From Pseudomonadota bacterium (lineage in GTDB: Bacteria > Campylobacterota > Campylobacteria > Campylobacterales > Sulfurimonadaceae), in assembly GCA_043797085.1 (NCBI GenBank), contig JAZDQA010000012.1, forward strand, positions 96,001 through 160,000: a stretch of 64,000 bases of DNA. The letters run 5' to 3'. The translations under genes and the position numbers were made by a program. Under the pieces are notes generated by a model, which was not told where the DNA came from, made no database searches, and worked only from the letters and a program-made list of their open reading frames with translations. Positions within the stretch are counted from its first letter, which is position 1, and every line of letters starts with the position of its first letter. This document shows, one piece after another, positions 25,455 to 36,972 of this stretch.

Positions 25455-28441
25455 CAGAGAACCTTTGGCTTAGCAGTTCGTAAATAGTGTAATACCGTAG
25501 CAATCAAATCATCATCATCTTTGCTTTTACTCTGCAAACTCTCTTTTGAACCATTTAAATATTCGATACCAATGTTTTGATTGTAATTACTCACTGTTTT
25601 AATTTTTTTCTCGATACACAACAGCTTCATGACCATAATCTCAAAAAACTGCTTTGTCGCAATGTCAGGCTTACCGAAACGGTCTTCGACCTCTTCGAGT
25701 ATCTCATACACTTCACTGGGTGCTTCGCAATGACTTAGGCGACGATAGAGTTCAAGCCGCAAACGATCCTCATGAACTACATCATCACTAATAAAGGCAC
25801 TGATCGTGAGCTTAATATCCACTTTGGCACGCACAGCAGTCGTTTGATTCGTGAGAATTTTAATCGCATCTTCCAGCATCCGCAGGTAGAGGGAATAACC
25901 GATGTTTTTAATATGACCGCTTTGAGCATCACCGACAAGATTTCCACCGCCGCGGATTTCAAGATCATGATACGCCAACATCGAACCGCTTCCCAAAAAT
26001 GAGTTTGATTCGAGTGCTACAAGCCGTTTTTTTGCCTCTTCGGTCAAATGGTCTTTGTCATCAACGATAAAGTACGCATACCCCTCGATATGCCCGCGTC
26101 CAACACGTCCGCGAAGCTGATGTAAATCTGCCATCCCAAAACGATCCGCCCCGTCGATAATCATCGTATTAACCGTAGGCATATGGATGCCCGATTCGAT
26201 AATCGACGTCGCAAGCAATACATCATACTCCCTATTGGCAAACTTCGCTAACTCCTCTTCTGTTTTTGTTGCACCGATTTGTGAATGAAGGATCAAAATA
26301 CGTAAATTTGGCAAGATCGCTTTGAGCTCTCCAGATTTAATAATCATCGAGTCAATCGAGTTATGGACATAAAAAAGTTGCCCGCCACGACGAAGCTCAC
26401 GTAAAATGACCTCTTTGATAAGCTTCTCATCGTAATTTTTCACAAATGTACGCACCCCTAACCTCTCGCTTGGAGGAGTTAAAAGTTCTGACATTGTCTT
26501 AATCGAACTCATAGCTTGATTCAAACTTCGTGGAATCGGGGTCGCACTCATGGAGAGGAGATGGACGTTTTCATAGAGTGATTTGAGCTTCTCTTTTTGT
26601 TTGACCCCAAACTTGTGCTCTTCATCGATGATAACCAACCCAAGCTTCAAACAACTCACCCCAAACAGCGCATGGGTTCCAACCACACAATCTATCTCTC
26701 CGCTTGACAAAGCTTTTAAAGTAGCGGTTTTTTCTTTGGCACTGACAAAGCGATCAAGCTTGGCAACACGCAGACCAAATGCACCTAAACGCTCTTGCAA
26801 GGATTTAAAATGCTGTGAACTAAGAAGGGTTGTAGGGACAACAAGAAGGGACTGGTATCCACCGCGAGCTGCCGCAAAAATAGCATTCATCGCTACCTCT
26901 GTTTTTCCAAATCCAACGTCCCCGCTTAATAACCGATCCATGATCTGTCCTGAGGATATATCGTTTATAATAGAACTAATCGCACTGGACTGATCTGCGG
27001 TATAGTCAAATCCTGCACCTGCTTGAAAGCGCTTCAACTCACCCGCATCGACATTCAATCTAGGGGCTTTTATGAGGGCACGACTTGCCGCGATTCCCAC
27101 AATTTCAGAAGCGATTTCAAAAAGTCGCGCCTTGACCGATTCTTTGAGTTTTCCGAAACTTCCTTTGCCCAGTCTATCAAGCACCGGCAAGGACCCTGAG
27201 GCAATATAGCGATCAATCGTATCGAGATTTTCGACAGGAAGGAGGAGCTTATCGTCCCCCATGTATTTGATAACAACAAGATCTTTAATCCCACCGAGAA
27301 TTTCAGCTTGCTCAATCCCCTCAAATATCCCGACTCCATACTCTTCGTGGACAACATAGTCCCCTACTTTTAAATCATCAAGAAGAATAGACGTTTTACG
27401 GCGACGACGCTTTTTCTCATGTCGGTTAAGTGAGATTATCACCTCATCCGAACTGATCAGATTAAGGACAATTCCTGAAGTTTTAATCGTTAAATCTTTA
27501 GTGTCAAAAATTCCTGCTGATTTAAGCTGTGTATCACTGGCGACAATAAGGGTGAATTTTTTGTTTTTATGAACGCTTTGCAATGTTTGAAAATTAGGAG
27601 CTATCAGGGATTTATAACGCACTGCATCAGCGATAATGTCAGTTTCTAAATGCGTACGCAAAATAAGTGGAAAATCCAATCCATACGACTCATCCAACAG
27701 CGATTTCATTTCGTGAAGACGCAAAAGTGATTTACCCTGAGTAAAATCAGTCCCCTCTTCTCCCAAAACCCAAAATCCAAGAGATGCCATATCTTTGACA
27801 AAACTGTCGCTTTGCGCATTTGAAATAGCCTTATCAAACCGTTTTCCCTGTTCTTCATCCAGTGAGAAAAAGGCACTGGTTACCTCGATGGAAGCGAGCT
27901 CTTCTTTTTGCGTTCGTTGTGTCTCAACGTCAAATGCTTTTATCTCTTCGATCTCATCATCAAACAAACTGATACGATAAGGATTTTCGGTATTGGGGAT
28001 AAAAATATCGAGAATGTCGCCTCGATGGGATACCTCACCCTCCATCTCCACCATATCGACAAACGTATACCCCCAGCGTAAAAGCGTTTCTTTGACACTT
28101 TTTAGGTCTATTCTGGAAGCAAATTCGATGGTCATACTTTGAAGTAAAGAAGCGTTTGGAAGAGGATAGAGCAATGTTTTCAAAGGTGAGATGATAAGCG
28201 GTTTTTTCGCAGAAGTATAATAGGTGCGCAATGCGGCAAACAGCGCAAACAACTCTTCATGAAAGGGGCGCAAGTCATCCATATAGGAGGCTCTAAAATC
28301 AGGAAAAACGAGAGTTTCTATCTCCAAATACTTTGCCACATCCGCAAGTTCACTCGCTTCTTTAGCATCTTCACACACGAGTATATCGCATCGTTTTTTG
28401 GGGTTATTTTTTAGATACTCATAAAATCGTGGTTGTGACAT
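25454..28441 (-). CDS. mfd: Transcription-repair coupling factor
   Basis: CarD-like GDYVVHEEYGVG, DRLLSGDVGFGKTEVA, IDEEHKFGV, SATPIPR, QLRGRVGR, TRCF C-terminus. Confidence 0.96.
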   Translation of the reverse strand: MSQPRFYEYLKNNPKKRCDILVCEDAKEASELADVAKYLEIETLVFPDFRASYMDDLRPFHEELFALFAALRTYYTSAKKPLIISPLKTLLYPLPNASLLQSMTIEFASRIDLKSVKETLLRWGYTFVDMVEMEGEVSHRGDILDIFIPNTENPYRISLFDDEIEEIKAFDVETQRTQKEELASIEVTSAFFSLDEEQGKRFDKAISNAQSDSFVKDMASLGFWVLGEEGTDFTQGKSLLRLHEMKSLLDESYGLDFPLILRTHLETDIIADAVRYKSLIAPNFQTLQSVHKNKKFTLIVASDTQLKSAGIFDTKDLTIKTSGIVLNLISSDEVIISLNRHEKKRRRRKTSILLDDLKVGDYVVHEEYGVGIFEGIEQAEILGGIKDLVVIKYMGDDKLLLPVENLDTIDRYIASGSLPVLDRLGKGSFGKLKESVKARLFEIASEIVGIAASRALIKAPRLNVDAGELKRFQAGAGFDYTADQSSAISSIINDISSGQIMDRLLSGDVGFGKTEVAMNAIFAAARGGYQSLLVVPTTLLSSQHFKSLQERLGAFGLRVAKLDRFVSAKEKTATLKALSSGEIDCVVGTHALFGVSCLKLGLVIIDEEHKFGVKQKEKLKSLYENVHLLSMSATPIPRSLNQAMSSIKTMSELLTPPSERLGVRTFVKNYDEKLIKEVILRELRRGGQLFYVHNSIDSMIIKSGELKAILPNLRILILHSQIGATKTEEELAKFANREYDVLLATSIIESGIHMPTVNTMIIDGADRFGMADLHQLRGRVGRGHIEGYAYFIVDDKDHLTEEAKKRLVALESNSFLGSGSMLAYHDLEIRGGGNLVGDAQSGHIKNIGYSLYLRMLEDAIKILTNQTTAVRAKVDIKLTISAFISDDVVHEDRLRLELYRRLSHCEAPSEVYEILEEVEDRFGKPDIATKQFFEIMVMKLLCIEKKIKTVSNYNQNIGIEYLNGSKESLQSKSKDDDDLIATVLHYLRTAKPKVL

Positions 28442-29592
28442 TAATGGCTTTTCATCCTCTTTAAAAATGCTTCGGCAACACTGAATGAACCAAAGACTAA
28501 ATATTTATTTTTTTCTTTTATTTCGTTAAATAGACTATAGTCTATTCCTAATTCTCTCAATATAGATTCCAATAACTCTCTCTCTACGATACGAGCTTCA
28601 TCCACTTCAATGATTTCAACCAGCTCAATGATCGGCATTAAAATGGTTAGAATCTCTTTGTAATCTTTATCCGCATAGGTATTATAGATAAGCGTTACTT
28701 TTTGACCGCTAAACGCTTCGGCAATTGCACGTGCAGCAAGGGCATTATGCCCGACATCAAGGGTAATATTATCCTTGATTTTAGTCAGTCGTCCAAAAAG
28801 TGCATTTTGATCAAACAGCTCCTTTTGCGCTGTGTAACCCAAAATTTCAAAAGCTGACATTGCCAGTTCCAAATTATCGCGTAAATAATCACTGAGACCA
28901 TTTTTTATGGCAATTTGCAATGCGCGTTCCTTGATTTCAGAAGTTGCCATCCCATCAATGCATTTAATCTCGGTTTTTTTCTCATTCGCGATTTGACGAG
29001 CAATAATTTTGGTTTCGATATACGGCTGCTTACCCATCAACGCTACACTTTGCATACTTCGTAATTTTGTTGCGGCAATAGACTCTATGGTGTTCCCCAA
29101 AAAGGCACTGTGATCAAAATCAATGGGGGTAAAAATACTCAAGATTTTATCAAAAACATTGGTTGCATCGAATTCGCCACCAAGTCCGGCTTCGAGAACG
29201 ACGTAGTCACACTCTTCAAATACCACCATCGCAAGAAGTGTCGTATATTCAAAATAACTAAGAGAATCTGCACATTTAGACGTGAGCATGCTTAGGAGCT
29301 TTTGATGTGCATTCTCAAGTGATTCATCCGAAATCTCAGAACCATTCATCCATATCCGCTCATTAAAACGCACGATATGAGGAGAGGTATAATGTCCTGT
29401 TTTTTTTCCTGCACGATGCAAGGCTGTCGCTAAAAAACGACCGGTACTTCCCTTGCCATTCGTACCCACAACATGAATAATTTTTGGAATGGCTAAAAAA
29501 GATCGGATACTCTCATACGCTGCTGGAAACCGTGCATAATCAATAACATCATAAAAAAGAGGCTTAGAGCCAAGGAATTGAACTAATGTCAT
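28441..29592 (-). CDS. folC: Folylpolyglutamate/dihydrofolate synthase
   Basis: HVVGTNGKGST, YTSPH, EAGLGGEFDATN, DVGHN, FGSF. Confidence 0.93.
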   Translation of the reverse strand: MTLVQFLGSKPLFYDVIDYARFPAAYESIRSFLAIPKIIHVVGTNGKGSTGRFLATALHRAGKKTGHYTSPHIVRFNERIWMNGSEISDESLENAHQKLLSMLTSKCADSLSYFEYTTLLAMVVFEECDYVVLEAGLGGEFDATNVFDKILSIFTPIDFDHSAFLGNTIESIAATKLRSMQSVALMGKQPYIETKIIARQIANEKKTEIKCIDGMATSEIKERALQIAIKNGLSDYLRDNLELAMSAFEILGYTAQKELFDQNALFGRLTKIKDNITLDVGHNALAARAIAEAFSGQKVTLIYNTYADKDYKEILTILMPIIELVEIIEVDEARIVERELLESILRELGIDYSLFNEIKEKNKYLVFGSFSVAEAFLKRMKSH

Positions 29593-31124
29593 GCAGGCTC
29601 TACGCGATTACGCCCTTTTTTCTTTGCTGTATAAAGCTGCTCATCCGCACCAACGATAGTATTTCCAAGTGATGAATATTGGTCACGCTGTGCGATACCT
29701 GCGCTAACACTGAGCTTAATTCGCTTATCTTGATACATAAAATGAGCTTCTTCGACATGTTCACGTACTTTATTAGCAAATATTTTTGCCCCATCAACTG
29801 TAGTATCCCCCAATATAACAAGAAATTCTTCTCCGCCATATCGTCCTACTATATCATTGGTACGTGCTTCATCTTTGAGAATACGAGCAAATGCACGCAG
29901 AACCATATCTCCCGCTTCATGCCCATATGTGTCGTTGACTTGCTTGAAATGATCTAAATCAAACATCACAATGCAATACGTTCGACCATGACGTTCAAAT
30001 TCAGCCTCTTTATGCCCCATAAACTCATCAAGAGCCCGTTTATTATAAAGCTTGGTCAAAAAGTCCTCTCGTGAAGCGTATGTCGCTTGAGCTAATTCCT
30101 CTTCGAGTGCTGTAATTTTAGACCCCATTTGAATCACTTGTTCATTATGAAATTTTAAATCTTTACTTAATCCTTCAACTTTTTCTTCTAACGCACTTGC
30201 AATGGTATACAGTCGCTTGTGCGCTGTTTTAAAATCACTTGCTTTTTCTGATCCTAAACTTTCTAAATCTTTTTTTATTTCTTTAATTTCAACACTTGAC
30301 ATATCACTGCGTTCAATCAAATTAATAAGCTGTGCAGAGAGTTTGCCTAACAAAGTATCTAAAGAACGAATCATCTCATTCACACTTTTTTTATCCAATG
30401 CAATACGCATTGCAATCGCTGTTTTAATCTCATTCTCGAATTCATCATGAGCTATAAGTTCAGGATTGTCATATACTTTGCTCGCTAATGCAGCAAGTCC
30501 ATCATCCATCTTCGGAGCAATCGAAGGAGAGAGTCCTAAAATAAGGAATGAGGCTATTTTAGTGTAATCGCTTGAAGGAGAACTCGCTTGAGCTTGCTCT
30601 AAACCTTCAACCGTTTTTTTGAGATTAGCTCGATCTACATCCCCAAAAGAAGAGAGTTTCATCAAAAAAGTATCATCATACACACTCAAGAAATTTTCCC
30701 ATGCTTGCTTCAGTAATTCAAGCTGGGTTTTCCCCCCTTGTGCATCTAAAATTGTAACGGTCTTTTTTGCCAAAACCGATGCATCCGGATTATGAAGAAT
30801 ATCAATACTCTGAGCCATCGCACGTGAAAGTGCACTTAAAATATCCACTAACTGTGAGGCTTCCGTGGGATTTAGACGACTCATTTTAGAGATTAAAAAA
30901 CGGATCAATTCTGCAGTTGTTCTGACACGGTATTGCTTCACTTCTTCCAAGGTCTTTTTATCCAATAAAGGGGTGAATCGATCAATACCGCCACAGTCTT
31001 CTACTTGCACGCCCGCTTTTTTTGCTTCCATACAAAACGTTTGAGCATACACATCCGGTGTCCATACTTTACCTTCAGCTTTAAGCCGTTCTACCGTATT
31101 ACGTACAATTTGATTGATTGTCAC
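29589..31124 (-). CDS. Diguanylate cyclase (GGDEF) with long helical N-terminus
   Basis: DFLTKLYNKR, DLDHFKQVNDTYGH, RTND I-site, RYGGEEF, AKKKGRN. Confidence 0.9.
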   Translation of the reverse strand: MTINQIVRNTVERLKAEGKVWTPDVYAQTFCMEAKKAGVQVEDCGGIDRFTPLLDKKTLEEVKQYRVRTTAELIRFLISKMSRLNPTEASQLVDILSALSRAMAQSIDILHNPDASVLAKKTVTILDAQGGKTQLELLKQAWENFLSVYDDTFLMKLSSFGDVDRANLKKTVEGLEQAQASSPSSDYTKIASFLILGLSPSIAPKMDDGLAALASKVYDNPELIAHDEFENEIKTAIAMRIALDKKSVNEMIRSLDTLLGKLSAQLINLIERSDMSSVEIKEIKKDLESLGSEKASDFKTAHKRLYTIASALEEKVEGLSKDLKFHNEQVIQMGSKITALEEELAQATYASREDFLTKLYNKRALDEFMGHKEAEFERHGRTYCIVMFDLDHFKQVNDTYGHEAGDMVLRAFARILKDEARTNDIVGRYGGEEFLVILGDTTVDGAKIFANKVREHVEEAHFMYQDKRIKLSVSAGIAQRDQYSSLGNTIVGADEQLYTAKKKGRNRVEPA

Positions 31125-31126
31125 TG

Positions 31127-31633
31127 TTACTCCTTTGGAAGGTTTGAGCCTTGCGCTGCGACTTGAGCGATAAACACATCAATTGCTTTTTGTGAACTTT
31201 GTCGTATCGCTTCAAAACGAGACTGATCAGAGATAATCGCATTGGGCTCTATGTCAAAATCATACACACCTGATACCGAATAATGTCCCTTTGAAGCTTT
31301 CGAAACTCTCTCAACATTCATAGAAACCCTCGTTCGATACGTTATTATATATCCATTTGTGTCATAGCGCAATGGAAAAAATCCAACCGATGCTATCCGA
31401 AACTTCAAATGCGTTTGTGAACTGTTTTTGCCCACCAATGCAGTGCGAAATTTGGTAATAATCGCCGTATCAACAGCGTCTTTGATAATGACCGTATTTT
31501 GAGGATCTTCCATTGAGATAACTACCTCAGTGCTGACACTCTCCCCAACAATATTTTTGGCATAATGACTGGCAGGCGAGTAACCGCATCCTGTCATCAA
31601 AAAGAGAACTGCGCATGAGAGTAGAAATTTCAT
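31127..31633 (-). CDS. lptE: LPS assembly lipoprotein LptE
   Basis: Lipobox MTGCGY; position immediately downstream of leuS. Confidence 0.75.
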   Translation of the reverse strand: MKFLLSCAVLFLMTGCGYSPASHYAKNIVGESVSTEVVISMEDPQNTVIIKDAVDTAIITKFRTALVGKNSSQTHLKFRIASVGFFPLRYDTNGYIITYRTRVSMNVERVSKASKGHYSVSGVYDFDIEPNAIISDQSRFEAIRQSSQKAIDVFIAQVAAQGSNLPKE

Positions 31634-31635
31634 CC

Positions 31636-34086
31636 CTAACCTTTTATAACGAGATTGACGAGTTTTCCGGGGACAACAATCGATTTTACTATCTCTTTAT
31701 CTTCTAGCCATTTTTCAACAGAAGCTTTTGCTATTGCAATAATCTCTTCATCAGTAGTATTGACCCCTACTTCGATCGTGGCACGATTTTTTCCGTTTAC
31801 AGAAACACCCAATACAAGCGCATCCACTTCAAAGACCTCTTCAAGCACATGCTGAGGAGAAAGATTTTTTCCGCCAAAAAGAGTATGAGAAAGTTCCCAA
31901 CAAATATGAGGAACGATCGGTTCCATCACAGAACTAAGAATCCAATACCCCTCGCTCCATACATCCCGATTGGTTTGCTCGTTAAGGGCATTCATCGCTT
32001 CCATAACTCCGGCAATCATGGTATTGAAGGTATAGCGTTCATTGTAAACGTCTTGGGCACGTTTGAGTGCTTCATAGACTTTTTTACGGGCATTTTTCTC
32101 TTCTTTAGAGAGACTTGAATGATCTATCACTGGAAGTTTATTGCTTTTGTTTACATACGAACTGCGATCCGCAAACCGTTTTAGAAAACGAAATGCCCCC
32201 TCAACTGCACTGTCATTCCACTCTAACTCTTGGGTAGGAGGAGCGGCAAATAATATAAATAATCGAGCAGTATCCGCTCCGTATTTTTCGATGATTGCAT
32301 CGGGATCGACGGTATTTCCTTTGGACTTGGACATTTTTGCCCCGTCTTTTAGAACCATCCCCTGCGTTAACAGTTTCTCAAACGGCTCATCAAACTCCAC
32401 GTATCCCAAATCTCTGAATACTTTGGTAAAAAATCGCGCATAAAGCAAATGCAAAATCGCATGTTCAATCCCACCGATGTAATGGTCCACACCCATCCAG
32501 TATTTGATCTGTTCGCTTGAAAATGCTTCCTTTTCCCAGTTAGCGGGTGAGGCACAAAAACGTAAAAAATACCAGCTCGATTCGACAAATGTATCCATCG
32601 TATCGGTTTCACGAATCGCATCTTTACCACATTGCGGGCATTTGCAGTGCTTCCACGTCGGATGTTTTTCGAGCGGATTTCCCTCACCGGTAATCTCAAT
32701 ATCGTGAGGAAGAGCAATCGGAAGGTTCTCTTTTTTCTCCATCACTAAACCGCAATCGTCACAGTGAACAAAAGGGATTGGAGCACCCCAATAGCGTTGG
32801 CGTGAGACACCCCAGTCTTTGAGTTTGTAGTTTGTCGTTTTTTGTCCGATTTTTTGGGCTTCAAAATAGTCAATTACTTTTGATTGTGCCTCTTTAGAGT
32901 TTAATCCATCGAAGGAGCTTGAGTTAAACATAATCCCTGCATCGGTATAGGCTTTCGTTAAATCCAACTCACCCTCTAATGGTTTAATGACAGCATGAAT
33001 CGGCAAATCGTATTTTTTCGCAAAATCAAAATCACGATCATCGTGTGCCGGAACCGCCATAACTGCACCGCTGCCGTAATCCATCAATACAAAATTGGCA
33101 ATCCACACAGGAACACTTTCCCCAGTCAATGGATGGAGAACATTTAAGCCTAATGCAACACCTGATTTCTCTTTTTGGCGATCGATAGATGAACTGTTTT
33201 TCATCTCTTTAATTTGAGAAACTACATCATCGCTCAATAGAGTATTTTCAATCATATAAGAAACGATAGGATGCTCAGGCGCTAATGCCGTATACGAAAT
33301 ACCGTAAATCGTATCAGGACGGGTGGTAAAAACATCAAAACTTTGAAAAGTCGAGTTTAATTTTTCCTTGCTTTCGTCATCAAAAAAGAGATCAAATGCC
33401 AAACCGTTCGATTTTCCGATCCAGTTTTCCTGCATCGTTAAAACTTGTTTAGGCCAGCCGCCCTCAAGTTTTTTCAGATCATCTAACAGCTCATCGCCGT
33501 ATTGGGTAATCTTAAAATAATACTGATTCATATCTTTTTTGACAATAGGAGTATCACATCTCCAACAGCATCCGTCAACGACTTGTTCGTTCGCCAATAC
33601 CGTCAAATCATGAGGGCACCAGTTGAGCATCCCTTTTTTACGATAGAGTAACCCTTTTTCATACATATCGATGATAAAGCCCTGTTCAAACTTCGTATAC
33701 AGTTCATCACTGGTTGCAAGTTCGCGATCTTTTGAAAACGAAAAGCCCAAAGAGGCAAACTCTTTTTTCATGTAATCGATGTTATCGTACGTCCATGTTT
33801 TTGGATGCGAACCGTTTTTAATCGCCGCATTTTCAGCGGGCATACCAAAACTGTCAAAACCGATAGGATGGAGAACATTAAAACCTTGTTGGCGATAATA
33901 GCGGGCGAAGGTATCACTGAGGGTATAGTTTCGTACATGCCCCATATGGAGTCGTCCACTGGGGAAAGGAAACATGCTTAAGATGTATTTTTTGGTTTTC
34001 GAAAAATCTTCACTGGGCTCAAAACTTTTGTTTTCAGCCCAAAATTTTTGCCACTTGGCTTCAATGACAGACGGGGAATAATTCAA
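31636..34086 (-). CDS. leuS: Leucine--tRNA ligase
   Basis: [34 protein letters not shown] start. Confidence 0.97.
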   Translation of the reverse strand: MNYSPSVIEAKWQKFWAENKSFEPSEDFSKTKKYILSMFPFPSGRLHMGHVRNYTLSDTFARYYRQQGFNVLHPIGFDSFGMPAENAAIKNGSHPKTWTYDNIDYMKKEFASLGFSFSKDRELATSDELYTKFEQGFIIDMYEKGLLYRKKGMLNWCPHDLTVLANEQVVDGCCWRCDTPIVKKDMNQYYFKITQYGDELLDDLKKLEGGWPKQVLTMQENWIGKSNGLAFDLFFDDESKEKLNSTFQSFDVFTTRPDTIYGISYTALAPEHPIVSYMIENTLLSDDVVSQIKEMKNSSSIDRQKEKSGVALGLNVLHPLTGESVPVWIANFVLMDYGSGAVMAVPAHDDRDFDFAKKYDLPIHAVIKPLEGELDLTKAYTDAGIMFNSSSFDGLNSKEAQSKVIDYFEAQKIGQKTTNYKLKDWGVSRQRYWGAPIPFVHCDDCGLVMEKKENLPIALPHDIEITGEGNPLEKHPTWKHCKCPQCGKDAIRETDTMDTFVESSWYFLRFCASPANWEKEAFSSEQIKYWMGVDHYIGGIEHAILHLLYARFFTKVFRDLGYVEFDEPFEKLLTQGMVLKDGAKMSKSKGNTVDPDAIIEKYGADTARLFILFAAPPTQELEWNDSAVEGAFRFLKRFADRSSYVNKSNKLPVIDHSSLSKEEKNARKKVYEALKRAQDVYNERYTFNTMIAGVMEAMNALNEQTNRDVWSEGYWILSSVMEPIVPHICWELSHTLFGGKNLSPQHVLEEVFEVDALVLGVSVNGKNRATIEVGVNTTDEEIIAIAKASVEKWLEDKEIVKSIVVPGKLVNLVIKG

Positions 34087-34104
34087 ATAAGACTCCTGAT
34101 ACTT

Positions 34105-35076
34105 TTACACGATGCCTTGCTCGAATTGAGCACGCATTTTCTCTTTTTCGATTTCTCTTATCGCTTTTTCCGAAAGTTTAGTCCGATATTTTTTCAAATC
34201 AAATCCAAGGATTTCCAACAACGGAGAAGCAACAAAAATTGAACTGTATGTCCCTACAACAACACCCACTAACAATGTCGTTGCAAACGTATGGATAATC
34301 TCTCCGCCAAAGGCAAACAACGTCACCAAAACAATAAATACGGTCAATGACGTTAGTACGGTACGAGAAAGCGTTCGGGTAACCGAATCATCGATAATCT
34401 CATCCACACTGCCTGCCGATGATTCCGTAATCTCTTCACGTATTCGGTCAAATACAATAATGGTATCGTTAATCGAATACCCTAATATGGTTAGCAATGC
34501 TGCAATAACATCAAGATTAACATCCAACTGTAAAAGTGAAATAGCTCCTACTGCGATGGTAAGGTCATGAGCAAGGGCTAAAACCGATGCCACAGCAAAA
34601 CGCCATTCAAAGCGAAATGCTACATAGATTAAAATACCGACAATAGCAAAGGTTAATGCCAAAATGCCTTTTTCACGCAGCTCGCTTCCTACTTTGGCTC
34701 CAACAATGTCAACACGGCGAATTTCAAAAGTTCCCGTTCCGGACAACTGTTCACGAGTAACGTCTCCAATATCTCGAGTAACACTTTCTGAACTGTTTTT
34801 CAGACGAATCACTACTTCATCAGGCGAACCGAATTCATTGATGCTCGAACCTTCAAACATAGGATTCGCGCTAAGTTTCTGACGCATTGTATCGATAGGA
34901 GCGGCACTTTCATATTTTACTTGAATAATGGTACCGCCGGCAAAATCGATCCCGAAATTCAGCCCTTTGGTAAAAATAATAACCAACGATGCAATGACCA
35001 TAAACATCGAAATGCCCATTGCAATTTTGGACTTCTTCATAAGCGGAATTGGCTTAGAATAACGAAATAATTCCAT
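34105..35076 (-). CDS. secF: Protein translocase subunit SecF
   Basis: GIDFAGG, GYSINDTIIVFDRIRE, GTYSSIFVA. Confidence 0.96.
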   Translation of the reverse strand: MELFRYSKPIPLMKKSKIAMGISMFMVIASLVIIFTKGLNFGIDFAGGTIIQVKYESAAPIDTMRQKLSANPMFEGSSINEFGSPDEVVIRLKNSSESVTRDIGDVTREQLSGTGTFEIRRVDIVGAKVGSELREKGILALTFAIVGILIYVAFRFEWRFAVASVLALAHDLTIAVGAISLLQLDVNLDVIAALLTILGYSINDTIIVFDRIREEITESSAGSVDEIIDDSVTRTLSRTVLTSLTVFIVLVTLFAFGGEIIHTFATTLLVGVVVGTYSSIFVASPLLEILGFDLKKYRTKLSEKAIREIEKEKMRAQFEQGIV

Positions 35077-36647
35077 CACACACTCCGTTTCACGCCAAAC
35101 CATTTGGCGGTGTCTTTTGATTTTTCAATACGATCTTGCAGCATCATATAAATACCATGCGTCCCTAAAATAGCCGTAATCATGGAAGCGATAATTCCGA
35201 TGCTAATGGTGATAGCAAATCCTTTAATCGCTCCCGTTCCATAAACATACAAAGCAACTGCCGCGATTAAGGTAGTGATATTTGAATCCGTTATGGCTCG
35301 CATCGCATTTTCATATCCTACTTCAATAGCCCGTTTCACAGATGAACCTTCGGCTAGAATCTCTCGTATCCGTTCGTTGATAATGACATTGGAATCAACC
35401 GCCATACCGACAGTGAGGACGATTCCCGCCATCCCCGGCAACGTTAATGTCGCTCCAAAAAGTGCCATAACTGCAATGATGAGCAAGATATTCACCACCA
35501 AGGCGATATTAGCAATCACTCCTGCACGTCGATAATAGACCATCATAAACAAAACAACCGCTCCAAAACCCGAAAGCAGCGCGATCATACTCGCCTTAAT
35601 ACTGTCCGCACCAAGGCTTGGTCCTACAGAGCGTTTTTCCATCATATAAATCGGTGCCAACAGCGCCCCTGAACGAAGAGCAATTGCTAAATCATTCGCT
35701 TCGGCAGTAGTATAATTACCGCTGATTTGACCTGAACCGCCACCAATGCGCTCATTGATTACCGGAGCAGAATAGACTTTGCCATCGAGAACAATCGCCA
35801 GCCGTTTACCGACACTTTTGCCCGTGAAATCACCGAAGACTTGTGCCCCTTGGGAATTGAGTGTAAAGTTAATCACGGGATTATTATTTTGATCGTATCC
35901 CACTTGAGCATCGGTGAGCATGGTTCCATCTAAAATTGCAATCTCATGCACTAAATGTTTCATTTTAGGCTGAAGTGCATCATCAAGAATCTTATCCCCA
36001 TAACTGCTTGCCTCAGCCTCGCTCATTTCCATTACTCGCATAGCGCGATCTTCATCGACTGCCATCAGCTCAAGCTTCGCAGCACGAGAAATTAACTCAC
36101 GGGCACGCTGCTCTTCTTCGGCAGTTTTAATACCCGGGAGTTCGACCAAAATTTTATCAATCCCTTGCTTGGCGACCGTCGGTTCTGAGAGTCCGAACTG
36201 GTCCAGTCGATTACGAATCGTCTCAATTGCCTGATCAACGGCTTGCAGTTTTAATTTTGCAACTTCTTCTTGCGTTAAGACAAGGGAATATTTCCCTTCA
36301 CTCGCATGAACTACTGTCCCTTGAAGTGTTTTAAGGTGTTCATCCAATACCGTTGCATCGTCATTGTCTAAAAGCTCAAAGACAACCGTATCATTTTGAA
36401 CACTTAAACTGTCCAACAAAATATCGTTACGTTCCGAAAAATGCTTCATTCCTGATGCGATCGATTTAAGTTGAGATGTTACAGCTTCTTCGGTTTTAAC
36501 CCCAAGCAGCATGTGCAATCCGCCTTGCAAATCAAGCCCTAGAGTGATTTTTTTGCCATCAGAATTTTGATTAAATGTAGGGATTGAAAATACGAGCCCA
36601 AAAATGGTTGCCAGTATCAGAATAACGACGCGATAATTAAGCTTCAT
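35076..36647 (-). CDS. secD: Protein translocase subunit SecD
   Basis: LGLDLQGG, IRNRLDQFGLSEP, ALRSGAL, LTLPGMAG, MAVDSNVII. Confidence 0.96.
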   Translation of the reverse strand: MKLNYRVVILILATIFGLVFSIPTFNQNSDGKKITLGLDLQGGLHMLLGVKTEEAVTSQLKSIASGMKHFSERNDILLDSLSVQNDTVVFELLDNDDATVLDEHLKTLQGTVVHASEGKYSLVLTQEEVAKLKLQAVDQAIETIRNRLDQFGLSEPTVAKQGIDKILVELPGIKTAEEEQRARELISRAAKLELMAVDEDRAMRVMEMSEAEASSYGDKILDDALQPKMKHLVHEIAILDGTMLTDAQVGYDQNNNPVINFTLNSQGAQVFGDFTGKSVGKRLAIVLDGKVYSAPVINERIGGGSGQISGNYTTAEANDLAIALRSGALLAPIYMMEKRSVGPSLGADSIKASMIALLSGFGAVVLFMMVYYRRAGVIANIALVVNILLIIAVMALFGATLTLPGMAGIVLTVGMAVDSNVIINERIREILAEGSSVKRAIEVGYENAMRAITDSNITTLIAAVALYVYGTGAIKGFAITISIGIIASMITAILGTHGIYMMLQDRIEKSKDTAKWFGVKRSV

Positions 36648-36903
36648 CCTCGTACTTTCGCGCAACAGCGTCTTTGACTAAACGCCCCTCTACGTCATTA
36701 TTGAATTTCACTGCAAAAAAGGTCTCTTCGACTTTTTTAATTTCAACGATCAAACCGCCATTCGTAACCACTTTATCTCCCTTGGTAAGGGCACTAAGCA
36801 TTTCAGCATGTTTCTTTGCTTGCTGTTGTTGTGGACGAATGATGACGAAGTACATAATCGCAATCAAAAAGACAAAAGGGAGTAATTGAGTTACTATTTC
36901 CAT
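36637..36903 (-). CDS. yajC: Preprotein translocase subunit YajC
   Basis: MYFVIIRPQ, LTKGDKVVTNGG; upstream of secD. Confidence 0.93.
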   Translation of the reverse strand: MEIVTQLLPFVFLIAIMYFVIIRPQQQQAKKHAEMLSALTKGDKVVTNGGLIVEIKKVEETFFAVKFNNDVEGRLVKDAVARKYEDEA

Positions 36904-36960
36904 GAAGATCCTTGGATGTATAAAAGTTGGTGCATTATACTCAAAAGAGATTAACATCGC

Positions 36961-36966
36961 TATAAT
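36961..36966 (+). promoter_or_regulatory. -10 TATAAT 6 nt before the lnt ATG (leaderless candidate)
   Basis: GCTATAAT-TCGCCC-ATG; no SD. Confidence 0.5.
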
Positions 36967-36972
36967 TCGCCC

